Position numbers and translations under genes: made by a program
The notes under the pieces: model-generated
Databases searched by the model: none
Seen by the model: only the letters and a program-made list of their open reading frames with translations
Told to the model about the DNA's origin: nothing
Source of the DNA: Octopus sinensis
Lineage: Eukaryota
Direction of reading: 5' to 3'
DNA: 64,000 bases
Assembly (NCBI RefSeq): GCF_006345805.1
Contig: NC_043001.1
Coordinates: 100,626,001-100,690,000 of the forward strand
Shown here: positions 37,501-51,820 of the stretch, piece after piece
Layout of the letters: each line of letters starts with the position of its first letter
Position numbering within the stretch: the first letter of the stretch is position 1

Positions 37501-38839
37501 TTCATCATTATCTTCTTCTTCTTCTCCTCCTCCTTCTCCTCCTCTTCCTTCTTCTCTGTCTTCCCTGCTTCTTTCCATATTCCTCTCCTGCCTTTGCCCC
37601 TCCTCCACCCACCTTCATCTTTAACATTCCCTCTCACTATCAACTCCCTCACCGTATTCCTTATCCCCACCTTCAAACTATTTATACGAATCTTAACTTC
37701 CAGCTTTAATTTAATATAAATATTTAGCCAATATAAAACATCGTGTTGCCCTTTCTCTTCATATCCCTCTTGTACTTACAATTATATTTGTGTTATTTCT
37801 TTGATTTTTCAAATCTAATTATATTTCAAATATAATCAACACAAAACACGTATATTAAAGGGACTACACAACGATTTCTGCTCAGCTTCTTCTTCTTCTT
37901 CTTCTTCTTCTTCTCTTCTTCTTCTTCTTCTTCTTCTTCTCTTCTTCTTCTTCTTCTTCTTCTTCTTCTCTTCTTCTTCTTCTGCTCCTGCTTCTGCTCC
38001 TCCTCCTGCTCCTCCTGCTCCTTCTTGAAATGCACATAGTAGAATGCATGTGTGTGTGTGTGTGCATGCATATATATATATGTATGTGTGTGTGTGTGTA
38101 TTTGTACCAGTACACTTGTGCACGCATACACAACATACATGATACATGTGTACGCATGTGTGCGCATATATAACATACATGTACTCACATGAATGCACAG
38201 ACGTGCATACTTATATGTGTCTGCAGTGTGTGTGTGTGTGTACATGTTATTGCTGTTGTACATATTGTTGTTACTGTTTAGTTGTTGTTAGTGAGATAAG
38301 GGTGGAGATCCATATTCTTCTCCATCCTCAGTATTTAAATTAAAATCTGACAATTGCTGTTGGTAATATTGTTGTGTTTGCAATTTCATTAATCGGAGCA
38401 TTCACAGTTGCAGAATCCTATTTCTGTTTCTATTTTACAATAAAGAATCAAACTGATATTGGAGGCAAAGATTTATATTATTTACATAATTCTTATTCTT
38501 TGGTTTTTGTGCAATTGGCTGTGAAGAATTAGTTCCAAGAAAAAACAAAAAAACAATTTATAAATGGAGAAGATTGATTTTCTTTCTGTTGAGTGGGTTT
38601 TATAAAGTAAATTTTTCTTTTTCTTTACTTTAGCCCTTCTCTTTAATTTGTTTGTTTTGTTAATAGATATTTTAAATATTTCAGAATTTATAGAACTATC
38701 ACACTTATGAAGAGTTAACCAAGTAGATATGGTACTTTAAGTTCAAACTAAAGCTTCCTCACATCAAATTCATACACATTATATCATTTCTAGCTACCGG
38801 ATTAAATGTAGATGACTTTCTATATTTAAGAGATGAGGA

Positions 38840-39404
38840 ATTATTTACATTATTTACATTTGACGGATATTTGCCCTCATCTTGCTTGTTGTTAACTCAA
38901 TGTTTCTGCCTTTATCAGGTGCCTTGGGGAAATTTCGAACCTGGGTTCTCATTCCTAAGGTATTTTTTGATGATATTATTATTATTATTATTACTATTAT
39001 TATTATTATTATTATTCAGAACACTGCCCGTGGGCATATGACATAGTGGTTAAGAGTACGGGCTACTAACCCCAAGATTCCAAGTTCGATTCCTGGCAGT
39101 GAGCTGAACCATCATCATTGTCCTCATCATTTAACGTCCGATTTCCATGCTAGCATGGGTTGGATGATCTGACTCAGGACTGGCAAACCATATGGCTGCA
39201 CCAGGTGCCAATCTGATCTGACAGAGTTTCTACAGCTGGATGCCCTTCCTAACGCCAACCACTCTGAGAGTGTAGTGGGTGCTTTTACGTGCCACTGGCA
39301 TGAGGGCCAGTCAGATGGTACTGGCATCAGCCATGCTCAAATGGTGTTTTTTACATGCCACCTGCACTGGAGCCAGTCTAGTGGCACTGGCAACGACCTC
39401 GCTC

Positions 39405-39435
<31 letters not shown>

Positions 39436-39461
39436 TAATAATAATAATAATAATAATAATG

Positions 39462-39492
<31 letters not shown>

Positions 39493-39637
39493 TAACATCG
39501 AAAATTATCTTAGGAATGAGAACCCAAGTTCGAAATTTCCCCAAGATGCCTGATGAAGGCTGGAGGGTATATCAGCCGAAACGTGTTAACAACAAACAAG
39601 ATGAGGACAAATATCTGTCAAATGTAAATAATGTCGA
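38840..39637. mobile_element. Head-to-head pair of family D element, locus 2, with nested LINE
   Basis: Minus arm about 38840-39029; plus arm from 39030, with CTGATGA-A-GGCTG..CAGCC-GAAAC at 39550-39582. Confidence 0.85.
39110..39404 (-). mobile_element. RTE-type LINE 3' UTR nested in family D
   Basis: Inserted between the tRNA-like head and the (AAT)n spacer. Confidence 0.85.
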
Positions 39638-39762
39638 TGACTTTGTTAGCCTATTCCAATGGAATAGCTACCAGACCTGTGAAAATGCTATGATGATACC
39701 CTAATGTCTGGTATCATAGATGGAAGTACCAAGTCTGTTGGAAATATGATGATAACCCAAAG

Positions 39763-39965
39763 GTGGCAAACTAGCAGAGTTGTTAGCAGGCTGGAGAAAA
39801 TGCTTAGCAGTGCTCTGTCTGTTTGTGTGTTTGTGTTCAAATGCTGCCAAGGTTGACTTTACCTTGCAATTCTTTTGGGTCAATTAAATAAGTACCATCT
39901 GAACAGCAGGATCAATGTAACCGAATTACCCAACTCCTCTGAAATTGCTGGCATTGTGCCAAACT
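39763..39965 (+). mobile_element. SINE family B, degraded
   Basis: GGTTGACTTTACCTTGCAATTCTTTTGGGTCAATTAAATAAGTACCA. Confidence 0.6.
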
Positions 39966-40929
39966 TTGAAAGTCATATTATGATGATAGCCTTACCTTAT
40001 CTGGGGACAAGATTCCTCTCTGGCCTTCTTAATCCTTTAAAACTGGAGTCAAGGCTTAGGTTTATCTGTGCCTGACTTCTAAGCAGAACATTTACTTTAA
40101 TCAAATCAGATTGACTTAGACTGTTGAGGCAGACATGGTGAATGCTCAGTTGAAATAACTGTTGATTGATGTCTATGAGGGGATGGGGAAGCCCTTGAAT
40201 GGGAAATAATTTTAGGGATTAACATTTTAAGTGGTGGGGTGGAATATGGAAGAAGATATTTAGAGCACGATCCAAGGATGAGGGAAGAAAAGAAGAGCTG
40301 AATAAAGAGGTATGTATGTAGTTTGTTACTTAAGGCAAGCAAAGGCTGTCATGGTGGTGGTGACGGTGGTGGTGGTGGCAGTGGTGGTAGTAGTAGTAGC
40401 AGCAGCAGCCATGGTGGTGGTGGTGGTGGTGATATTACAATCAGCATGCTTCTGCGTTTGTTGATATTGCTATCCTTCTGTTCCAGGTCAGCTCTGATTC
40501 AGCAGATCTATGATGAAAGACAATCCAGATAAGACCATCCCATCTTTTTCCCAGTACAATATACTCACGACCCCATTATCCAATATGCTATTCTTTCCAA
40601 GCTTCCGGGGCATGGTTTGAGGGAAATTTAGTTCTTTTTTCCTACAAATTGAGTGACTGCATCGAAAGCACATTTTTTCTTGTCTTCCTTTTACTTGGTG
40701 GCTCTGGATGAAAGAATTATGCCTGTAGCCTTTCAAAAATTTTTGTTACCACTTGAACATAGAAGGTACAAATAGATACATATATGTATATATGCATGTA
40801 TGTGTGTATATATATATACTGTTGTGTCTGGGGAGAGTCATTTTCCTTTTGTGCCTTATAAATCCAAAACGAAATATATATATATACACAAATATATATA
40901 AGTAACAGTAGAGGTACTGGTGTCAATCC

Positions 40930-42230
40930 ATTATGGCCATTTCTAATGACAGGTTTCCATTGCAAGATCCTCCCGCCAAGTGTTCTGCATCTTCCTGAGA
41001 GATCGCTGCAGTAGTGATTTTACACTGTTGTAGTGGGCAAGTGCTAGATTTTACTGCACAGTTGAAAGTCCTCTGCACTACTATACATTGTGGGCATGGC
41101 ACTTTATGACCAGCAGTCACTGAAGTTCAGCATCATTTTCATCAAACGAGTCTCTGTGTCTGGCAGTAGCATATCTCAGTGAAAAACCTGGTCTCAAAAA
41201 TCTTCCCATGCTGTAGTATTTTCAATGCTAGATGAACAATTCTGAAACTCTTTCCTCACCACAGCATCATATATCTTATGGACATTCAGACTCCAAGGAA
41301 TGGCAACTGGATCTCTTCTTTCTTTCATTCTGATCATCATCAGGAACTTTGCTCACACCAGGCTGTGGTCTATCCAGCACTCCAAACCATGAAAAGACTA
41401 GACATTACAAATGTTGTAGATGTCACACTTGCGAGTGAAGACATAATCCAGCAAGTGCCAAACTTTAGACCTTGGGTACATCCACGTTGTTGTGTGATCA
41501 CCTCTGTGCATAAAACGAGTGCTTGCAATGTAGAGCCCATGTTCATCACAAAGCTTCAGCAGCATGAGACCATTGCTATTCATCTTCCCTGTACCAAAAC
41601 ATCCAAGAGAGTTCTACGTCTGCCAATCTGTTCCAACCCTGGCATTGAAATTCCCCAGTAGAATGACTTTATCAGAGTTGGGGATTTTCCCAAGTATGGC
41701 TCTCAGCTGAGGACAGAAAATAGTTTTATCTTCATCACAATTGGTCATTGTAGGTGCTAGGCACTTATTAGAGCAGCAAACCACACACCTCTCAGGTGCA
41801 AACGTAGAGTCGTTAGACGATCATTTATAGGAACAAGAAGCTCCTCCAACTTCTTAAGGATTTCAGATCAAACTGCAAAGCCAACACCAGCCTCTCTGTT
41901 CTCCTCCTTCAGTTTCCCCTTTCAAAAAAAGGTGTATCCACCTCCTACTTCCTGAAGCTGACCATCACCTTTTATATGAATCTCTGAAATTACAGCTATA
42001 TCAGTGTTTTAATGGTTCAGCAGAGCATCTTTCAAGCCTACAGTCGCTCTTGTTATCCAACAGAGTGCACGCATTCCAACATGAAATATTCAAGTTCCAA
42101 CCAGATTTTATAAGTATTCTCTTTGCTTTTCAAGTGCAGGATGGACATCCGTCAGTTGCACTAAACTGACCACAAAGAGAAAGACAGGCAAATTTTGGTT
42201 CACCCTTTCTAGAACCTCCCCAAACTCCAA
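40930..42230 (-). mobile_element. RTE-clade LINE endonuclease region (degraded)
   Basis: MNSNGLMLLKLCDEHGLYIASTRFMHRGDHTTTWMYPRSKVWHLLDYV, plus upstream ISCWNACTLLDN and SAYAPT-like motifs. Confidence 0.85.
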
Positions 42231-42818
42231 GTGGGCTGTGCCCTCCCCAAATGGAGCTGTTCAGACACCCATGCAGCAATTGAATCCCATTGCTGTCTTG
42301 GGCAAGTAGGAGATGACTTTGTATCTAACATGGCCCACCTATGTGCAGGTCGCTAACTCCATGCTTCCAACCCCTCAGGTCTGTATACTTCACCACCTTC
42401 CCATCGCCACAGGACTTCCAAATAAAAATACATATAAATATATATTTAAAAAAAACTCATATTGGCACCAGGCATCTTGCCTCGGCCTGTCTCTGGATAA
42501 TGTCAATAGAGTAGAGACGTACATACATACACACATTAAGTCAACATTTGTGCAAAAGAGATTAGCAATTTATATATGGAAGTCGCCAAAAGTGATCATT
42601 AAACATTATGAGACAACATTAGTAAGCTTTCCGATTGTTTTAAATGTCGTTTGTTTCCCTCATATGTTACTGTAATTATAAAGTTTTTTAAAGAGATTTG
42701 AGTGAGGTAACCAGACCATGTATACATTTTAGCGATTGTCTTTGTGTCCAGCATATGTTTATTATCAAAATCATTAATACTACTCCATAACTAAAATAAT
42801 GTTTTGATTTGTACATAC

Positions 42819-42995
42819 CATTCTTTGCACGGCAGGGATTCATTCCTTTCCTTCTAAGCTCTTTGGCTGGGAATAGCTCACTTAGGTCAAAAAAAGACAA
42901 AGAATGCAGGAGATAAGGTAATCTCAAAATGGAAGTCACAGCAAATGAGAGGCACCAATTGTCTCGACCAGCCCACGGTGCATTGCGGTGAGACA
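42819..42995 (-). CDS. Candidate 177-bp phase 1-1 exon of an unidentified gene
   Basis: aaatttacag|TGTCTC...AGAATG|gtatgt; 58 open codons, in frame with the 36409 candidate; no recognised homology. Confidence 0.25.
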
Positions 42996-43052
42996 CTGTA
43001 AATTTTACAAATACTTTACCATCATTTATTTTCTGTTTGCTTATATTTGTTA

Positions 43053-43090
<38 letters not shown>

Positions 43091-43094
<4 letters not shown>

Positions 43095-43380
43095 TAGTTT
43101 TATTTTTATATTGTGCTTTCACTTCACTACCGAGTGCAGCTCTGTGTGCCTTGGGTATGTGTTGTGATTTCTTGTGATGATCTGATGGTTTTGAAAGTAT
43201 TGAAAGTGTTCTGCGTAGGATGTGTGCAGTGCCCAATAGTGCAATTTTCTGTATGTTATATATATTTGTAAGTTCTGGTGATTTTGTTATGTATTTGTCT
43301 GAATATTTTTTATCATACTTAATGCGCTTACTATGATAGGAATTGTTTCTGTTTTTAGATTCCACATTTGAGTTACCTCT
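43091..43380 (-). mobile_element. R4/Dong-clade LINE 3' end inside a (TAA)n tract
   Basis: IQKIALLGTAHILRRTLS is the typical C-terminal motif of restriction-like-endonuclease LINEs; (TTA)n on both sides. Confidence 0.8.
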
Positions 43381-44402
43381 ATTTATTATTATTATTATTA
43401 TTATTATTGTTATTATTGTTATTATTATTATTGTTATTATTGTTATTATTATTATTGTTATTGAATGTAATTTTGCCTTTTTTAAATAATGTATAGAGTA
43501 ATCACGAGTGATGTATAATCTCCTTTGAATGCTATCTTTTATCATTTCTGTTACCACTCCAGCCTGGATGTGACATTCTAGTCAGCTGAGATAGTGACAA
43601 AACTTATGCCAGAGAAACACCATTAATTTACAAGTAAACTTCAAAGAATCACTAACAAATAAGAGTGTGACAATTAACTTTGATTTACTGACACCATTTA
43701 TATTTGACATTTAAGATTAGTATATTCTGTTTCTTCAACATAATCAGGTTAAAACCTAACAATTTACAAGGACTCTATCTCACCCGCTTGGCTTTTGTCT
43801 TTTTCCTTTTTGTTTATCAGAAAGTTTAGTTTGTTATCAGTGATATTGATGAATGGCAATAGCAACAACAACAACAACAACAACAACAACAGCAGTAACA
43901 ATAACAACAACAACGATAACAATTGTGCCAACAGCAAAGGAAATAGTGATTGGAACTAGTAATGGTAGTCACCAGAATAGCATGGAAAGCAGTCACAGAA
44001 GCCTCCAAAACAACAAAAAAAAACAACAAAGTCAATAAAAACTGCTACAGAAGAACTGCACAATGACAAAAGAATCCAGTGAGAAAGCCTCTACATGGTC
44101 ATTGAATCTGTTAGAAATAACTGCTAAGTTTTCTTCAAACCATACCTTAAAATTTCAAAAATTATTAAGTTCGTCTTGGATGAGGTAATTTTAGACAGGA
44201 TAGCACAAAGAAGCAACAGAATGGAATGGCATGAATGTATGATTCTGAGGAAGACTAGCTCTTCTGCAAGAGGCAAAGAAACAACTTTTGTTAAAGAATT
44301 TAATTCTTTATGAACCATTCTAGTTCTTTAATTCTGTTATATTTCATCGAAGCACATCAAATATACAGCATGTACATGTACATAACCCCAACATAAATCA
44401 TA

Positions 44403-44767
44403 GTGCAGGCCTGGCTGTGTGGTATGAAGTCTGGTTCTTCCTGATCACATGGTTCCAGGTTCACTCCCACTATATGTCAGCTTGTGTTAGTGTCTTTTAC
44501 TACAGTCCTGGGCTGAACAAAGCCTTGTGAGTAGATTTGGTAGATGGAAACAGAAAGAAGCCTGTTGTGTGTATATATATATATATATAGATATATATAC
44601 ACACACACACACATACACACACATATGCATACACAAACACACACACACACACCTGTGTGTGTGCCTTTGTGCCTATGTTTATCCACCACCACTGCAGGTG
44701 GTTTGTTTACATCCCTGTAACTTAGCAGCATGGCTGCAGTCTAATTACTGAAATGAGTAAAAGATGG
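44403..44767 (+). mobile_element. SINE family A, near full length
   Basis: Head CATGGTTCCAGGTTCACTCCC, internal microsatellite and tail. Confidence 0.8.
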
Positions 44768-45082
44768 AAATAAGATGCGTATTCACCAGTTTTAAATGTA
44801 ATCCACATTTCACCTGTGCCCTGAACTCAAAACTCTGCTGACAGATTTATATGGATCTCAATGACTAGATTCCTTGTTTTTGTCATTGAACAAGAAACTG
44901 GATTGAGTTTGCCAAAAACTAAGCCAAATATTAAATCACCCACCAACAACCTTTTTTTGTTTCTTTTTTTGGATATTTTTACTCCCAGAAATCTTTGGTT
45001 AAGTTTAATCGATTGAAACTAGGAAACCTGCTGTGGAAGTTTGTATTTTGGAATCTGCTATAGAATGCATACATTAAGCTAT

Positions 45083-45410
45083 GAAGGCATGTGGTTTAGG
45101 GGTCAGGGTTTTTGTCTCATGATTGTAAATTCATGAATTTGGTTCTTGGCTGTGTGTTGGGTCCTTCAGCAAGACACTTCATTTCACATTGCTCCAGTCC
45201 ACTCAGATGGCAAAAATGAGTTGTACCTGTATTTCAAAGGGCCAGCCTTGTCACATTCTGAGTCATACTGAATCTTCCTTGGAACTATGTTAAGGGTACA
45301 TGTATCTGTGGAGTACTCAGCTACTTGCATGTTAATCTCACAAACAGGCTTGTTCCATTGATTCAATCAACTGGAACAACACTTGCCATCCTAACTGATG
45401 GAGTGTCAGT
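45083..45410 (+). mobile_element. SINE family C
   Basis: GTCCTTCAGCAAGACACTTCATTTCACATTGCTCCAGTCCACTCAG CORE-like segment. Confidence 0.85.
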
Positions 45411-46930
45411 TATAAATTGTGTAACAGACTCAAAGATGCACTTTTTTCTAAATAAAATATAAACTGGATGGTCATGGCTAGCATGCTTTTAAAGCCAGCT
45501 CAATTAAGATTGACCTTAGTTTTTCACAAGAAACTCTGAAACTCATTTGAAGTATTTTACTAGATTCTAGTTGTTGTCGCTTTTTAAAGCTGTTCTATAA
45601 AATCTCTTTTTTCACCAATATATTTTTTATTTGTAATGACAACATAAAAGCTGATGTGGTTCTATCCAAAGGATCCTTCTTTCTTTTCTTCTTCAATTAT
45701 TATTGTTATTTGTCTCTGTTAATGGCATTAAAGCAAAAAATACATAGTTTCACAATGGGTTGTGAAAATTATTTGAAGCACAGTTAATTTACTGAAAAAA
45801 TAGAAATATAATCAAAATAATATTATTGAATTAATAACAAAAAGGAAAGCTAATTATAAGCAAAACCATCAATTGAAGAAATACAAGAATTTGTTGAATT
45901 CTAATAGGAAATTCATGGATACAGAAGTTGTTTGTGACAAATGCACCAAATGATCAAGACACCATGGCAGCTAGTGGTAAATAATACCACAGAGTGATAC
46001 AGTGCAATGCAGTAAACAGCAGCAGCAGCAGAATAACTGACTGGAATTCCATTAGCCTTCACTTCTGTCTCTGTCCTTCAGTTTGTGCTTCAATCGGGAA
46101 AGAAGCATTCATTCCACAACTCTGTTTCAACCAATTCTATGGCCAATAAATTAAACAAAAGCAAACTTGATATAAATGAACTGGATGTTATAAACTGACA
46201 GCGAGTTGGACTTGGTGCTGTTACATATTCTATGATTACCTTTTCTCTTATTCTTACAAGAGTTATTCAAAAGCATTCCCACAGCCTATAAAATAACAAC
46301 TCTCAAATAACGGGCAATGTATTAAACCATTAATTCCTTCGTTCCTTATGGCCAAACAACTCACTGAACTTTTCTACAAACCTCTTGATCAATTAATTTT
46401 GCCAACAGATCTAGCAGTGTAGCATGGAGTTTGGCCATTCTGTGTGGTACCAAAATTTCATTCCCATCACCATTGGAATGTCTTATTAGGCTGGTAGGAA
46501 CAGATTCACATGAACAAGTAATGACTAACTAGACTGCTATCCAGGTAGCATCTTCTGTAGAAGAAGGGATACCACAATCAACATCGCATATCTGCTATAC
46601 CCTAGAGAACCTCACAGCAGAGATTCCTCCACATGCATTCCAGAGGACCCACAATTTATAACTTCCCACACTTTCTGTCATGTGTTGTTAACAGTATCTG
46701 GCAAGGAAGATTATTCTTTCTCAACAAAATCCATAGTGTAGCTCTAAATATCATTCTTCCTTCCTTAAATGTAGCGTACCTTTGTCTATATCAACCAGAC
46801 AGGTGACCCTCCAGAAGAGTTCACACAATCTATACACCCAACTCTATACTATAGCACAAATATCCACCATTTTCTTTTGTTTCTGTATTTTATGGGGAAA
46901 AAAATTGTATTCTTATAAACACTATGAATA

Positions 46931-48170
46931 CAGGGTGTCCCAAAATTAAGGCAACCGAAGTTTTGGGCTTTAATAACTATCAATAAAGGAGATAAAATAT
47001 GAAAATTACACATCGTTATAAAAGCTTAGTGTGTCTTCTTTTTGTTTCAGATTAAATAAATTCAGATTTATAGATTAGATAATGGCTATAGACCAAAATA
47101 CTATCATAACCCTCCACAGAGTAGATGAAAGTAATACAGTTAAAGCAAAAAAATTTAAAATTAAGTAAAATAACAGTCTGGAAAATTGTCAAGAAATTTC
47201 AAGAGACTGGTTCCACCATTGATCGACCTGAACTTGGCCAAAAAAGAAGTGTGTGGACCCCTTAGCTTATCAAAAATACCAGAGAAAAGATACAGTGAAA
47301 TCCTCATCATTCCGTCAGAAAACTGGCTGCAAAAATAAGCTGAACATTGATGTAGCAAGTGCCGAAGGAGGATCTCAGGACCCACCCCTACAAGATGATC
47401 TGCCATCATGAGCTCACACAAGTTTATAAAGCCATGAGACTGGAGATAAATTGTTTTATCCTGCATCAGATTGCTGAAGATACGCTACCCAATCTGATGT
47501 TTACCGATGAAAAATAATTTGACCTCAAACAGACAGTAAACCATCAGAATGACCGACTTTGGAGTGTATCTTGCTCCATCGACGGTAGACTCATAAATCG
47601 ACGTGAAAATCCACAGTCGTAATGGTTTGAGTGGTTGTGACATCCCTGGGAGGTCACCCCTCGTTTTTGTGCCTTTGGTAATTAAAATTAACACCCAACG
47701 ATATATTAATGACATTCTGGAAGCTGAACTGCTTCCATGGGCGAATGAAAAGTTTTAAGGACTCAGTATCATCCAGAAACAACACTGGATTCAAGAAACA
47801 TTCCCTCATTCATAGGCAAGGATGTATGGCCCTCAAGAAGCCCTGATCTCAACCCGTTGGGTCTTTCTGTTCGATCCATTTTGGAGACAAGGGTCAAGCT
47901 CTTCTCATGCTTTGCTTATCACTCTGAAGACAAAACTGTGCTAGGAATGGGCTTTGATTCCACAAGAACAGTTGTGTGCCACATGTGAAACATTTACACC
48001 TAGACTTAAGGCTGTAATTTGAAACAGAGGTGGTCATATCGAATAAATGTGGTAGTGTGATAATTGTGCTTCCTTTACGATTGCATTGCAACACTCAGAC
48101 CTGAAATATGACAATATTTTGCTTTGGCAAAATTGAAAAAAGTTGGTTACCTTAATTTTGGGACACCTTG
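46931..48170 (+). mobile_element. Full-length degraded maT-like Tc1/mariner element (1240 bp)
   Basis: 26-bp TIRs CAGGGTGTCCCAAAATTAAGGCAACC and CAAGGTGTCCCAAAATTAAGGTAACC; 5' TA; motifs FTDEK, NHQNDRLW, WPSRSPDLNPL, RGGHIE* with stops. Confidence 0.9.
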
Positions 48171-48638
48171 AATAGTTGGCTGTAAAATTAAGTTTTACCA
48201 TGATCGAGAAACAAGTAAATTTGATCACTGTTAAACAAATTTAATTAATGATATTTCCCACATTTATTCTGTGTATAATAAATGGAACAAATATTTATTC
48301 ATGAGATCAGACTTTCAAATTCAGAATTTGTCAAATTTCTTTCCGGCAACCACTTTTGCCAATAACTTCTACAAGTGATTTCAGTTAATATTGAAGATCT
48401 TTTGAGAAAATATGGAAGTTGGCAAATATCTTTGCATTGTCTCTGTCACACCATTTGTGTTTTTCTTGGAACTAATGATACATAATGGTTATTGATGTAG
48501 ATGTAATGTTTAACTAAATATCAGTCTACATCTGTTTTATTTTAGATGGTACAAATAGAATCTGCTGAGACAATGATTGACAACATATTCTTTAAGAATC
48601 TTTTATCTTTATGCTTCCATGCATGAGTATGAATGGGT

Positions 48639-49030
48639 GTAGGAATGGCTATGAGGTAAGAAATTTGCTTCAAAACCACATGGTTCCAGGTTCAGTTCCA
48701 CTGCATGGAACCTTAGGTAAGTGTCTTCTACTATTGTCTTGGGCCAACCAAAGCCTTGTTAGTAAATTTGGTAGACAAAAACAGAAAGAATCCCATGGGG
48801 TGTGTGTGAGTGTCTATGCATATGTTTGTGTCTTTGTATCTGTGTTTGTCCTCCTACCACTGTCTGACAACCTGTGTTGGTGCATTTACATCCCCATCAC
48901 TTAACAGTTTGATAAACAAGACCACTAGAATAAGTACTAGGGTCTATTTATTGAGTTGAAATCCCTGAAGGCAATGCCCAAGCATGGTCGCAGTCTAATG
49001 ACTGTATGAAGTAAAAGATTAAAGATAAAG
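48639..49030 (+). mobile_element. SINE family A, full length
   Basis: Head, CORE-like segment and tail as in the other copies. Confidence 0.85.
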
Positions 49031-49499
49031 GAGATCAGCATAAATTAAGGCATATGCCTTTATTTGTTTCCAGAAGATTCTTCAAATGCCACTGGAAAAA
49101 AGAAACCACATTCCTTAATATTTCTCCGCATGGAGATATAGTCTTCTCTGCTGTATGACGTTTCTCAATTTTAACTGATGTTAAATATTTGGCTCATTTC
49201 TATTTCCTAATTAGGAACTGTTAATGCATAAATTACGTGTAACATTTTTTTTACAAAGGAATTATGACATTTAAAAATGGGTTTCATTTGATTAGCATTT
49301 GTATATTTACAAAGTGTATGTTGCCATTTCAACTCCATTTGCCATCTTAAAATCTGTTACAATAATAAAAGTTATGAGAAGAAACCATGACCTTCAAAGT
49401 TGTAATTACAAATGACTTCTCAACTCAACGACTAAACGACTAAACCAACAATCCACCAATGTTTTTGGATTGCAGTTTAACTCTTACATTTTGTTGGTT

Positions 49500-50640
49500 C
49501 AGATGGAAACTCTGCACTCTTCCACAGCACATTGTTTCTGGCAAAATCTTTTAAATAATGCTATTGTTTCAGGAAGATTGAAAAGACATTTAACTACTAA
49601 ACATGCGAGTCATAGGAATAAAGATTTTCAACTATTTCAAAAGACACTTGAACAAGATACAAAACAAGCAAGCTATTAAAAAATTAGAAAGTACCTAACA
49701 AAGCTTAGATTACTTTTTATAAATCACCACAAATACCAACGCAACGAACGAAAGTTAATACAATAGCTATCTTACTTATTTTTGCAACCTGCCATTCAAT
49801 TTGAGAACAATGTCTGGGTGAAACAGAACAAGAAATTACTAAAATTCAATTTTCTATTAACATAATTTGAAAGAAAATAATTGAAATGTCTTCTAACATC
49901 AAGGAACATGATTCTTTTGATTTAAAGGAATTGAATATTGCTTTACAATCTGAAGATACTTTCAATATTAGCAGGAGCACAACTGTTAGAATTTGTTCAA
50001 TTCATCTAATGAATTGAAATTCCGAGCCAACTTTTATAGTGTTGAAACCTTCAAAGACATACTAGAATTCAAAATATACTTGATAGCTAGACTGCCAACT
50101 CTGAAAAATTATAACTTTCATCCAAGAATGTCATATGAATTGTTGCCCAGATGACAGTTCAATCATAAAAGATTTCCACAATGGTAAAAATCCAAGTTAT
50201 GATACTTCATTCATTACAAGCTACATAGGGAGGCTTTTATAGAAAGACTTCAGGAAAAGAATAGAAATTTTCCTCAGATCAATCTACAATAAAAGACACT
50301 TTTGGAATTCAATGCCTTTAATACATAAATGCTTAAATAAGTTTATAGACTTGAATATTAGTACTTAGCTAACCAGTAAGATGAAAAGCCAAAGTTATAG
50401 AAATCACAGTAATTTTTAATATGAAATAGCAAATAATTTTTATGCCTCAGTAATAGACTTTAATATATCTGAGTTTCTTTGCAGAAATGAGCAACGACAA
50501 AATGGACATAGCTCCTGTTTTTGATATAAGAAAAGTACTTGTTTATTTTCCAATGATATAAATATTTGTGTTTCTTTTAGTCCCATGATCAAAGATAACA
50601 GAACATTATTAACTGCTAAAGCAAAATATCTAAATCCTTT
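49500..50640 (+). mobile_element. hAT Buster/ZBED5-like transposase remnant
   Basis: LLNNAIVSGRLKRHLTTKH (BED-finger end) and a degraded KIQFSINII.RKIIEMS segment; TIRs not identified. Confidence 0.65.
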
Positions 50641-51404
50641 TCCTTTACCGTTTCCTTTGATTTTTACAGTAGGTGAAAGATTCTATTTCATATAATCTTA
50701 ATCTTAAAATGAAACAAGAATTTTCTCGGGTAATAACTAGATGCAGAACCAAAGAACAGTATTCTCAGATTTGAAATTTGCTTTGCTAAGTGTTTTGAAT
50801 TCATTGTCCATGAATTATTGTTCCAAGTTTGGATCTTTTGGATGGTAGTGGTAGCGGTAGTGACAGTGATGGCAGCAGCAGCAGTGGTGGTGGTGGTGGT
50901 GGTGGTAGAGGTGAGGTGAGGTAACAACAGTAGTGGCAGCAATGATGGGGATGGTCATGATGATGGTGGTATGGATTGTGAGATGGTGAAAATACTTTCA
51001 TCTGAGAAAGAAAAAAAAATCATTTTGTCAAATCCTCGATTTTTAATGTCCAGTTTTTCATGTTTAAGCGAATCAGATGGAATTTGCTGATGCAGATTTT
51101 CTTGAGTCGGATGCCTTTCCTGTTGCTAACCCTCACCAGTTTCAAAGCAAAATAATAATTCTTTAGTTTATCAAATACTTGGACACAGTATTTTTGTTTA
51201 TAAAGATTGTGCAACATACCAAGTCATATCAAAGCACCAAAATGTGCTTTCATAGTTGAATGTAAGCATACAACATGGCCTGTATTTTATAGGGAGGCCG
51301 TTGTTTTGTTTACAGACATTGAACACAAAAAGGCAAGGAGAAATCAAATACACTCGTGCTCCCCCCTCCCACATACACACACAAACAGCAGACTTGTTCA
51401 GTTT

Positions 51405-51570
51405 TTTACATTATTCACATTCAACGGATATTTGTTCTCATCTTGTTTGTTGTTAACACAACGTTTCAGCTGATATACTCTCCAACCTTCTTCAGGTGTC
51501 TTGGGGAAATTTTGAATCTGGGTTCTCATTCCTAAGGTATTTTTTGATGTTATTATTATTATTATTATTA

Positions 51571-51609
<39 letters not shown>

Positions 51610-51774
51610 GTGTTCAGGTCACTGCTTGGAATCGAACTCGGAATCTTGGGGTTAGTAGCCTGCGCTCTTGTTGGCATATGGCGTGGTTAAGAGCCCAGTT
51701 AAGAGTGGTTAAGAGTGCAGGCTACTAACCCCAAGATTCCGAGTTTGATTCCAAGCAGTGATTTGAACACTAGC

Positions 51775-51820
<46 letters not shown>

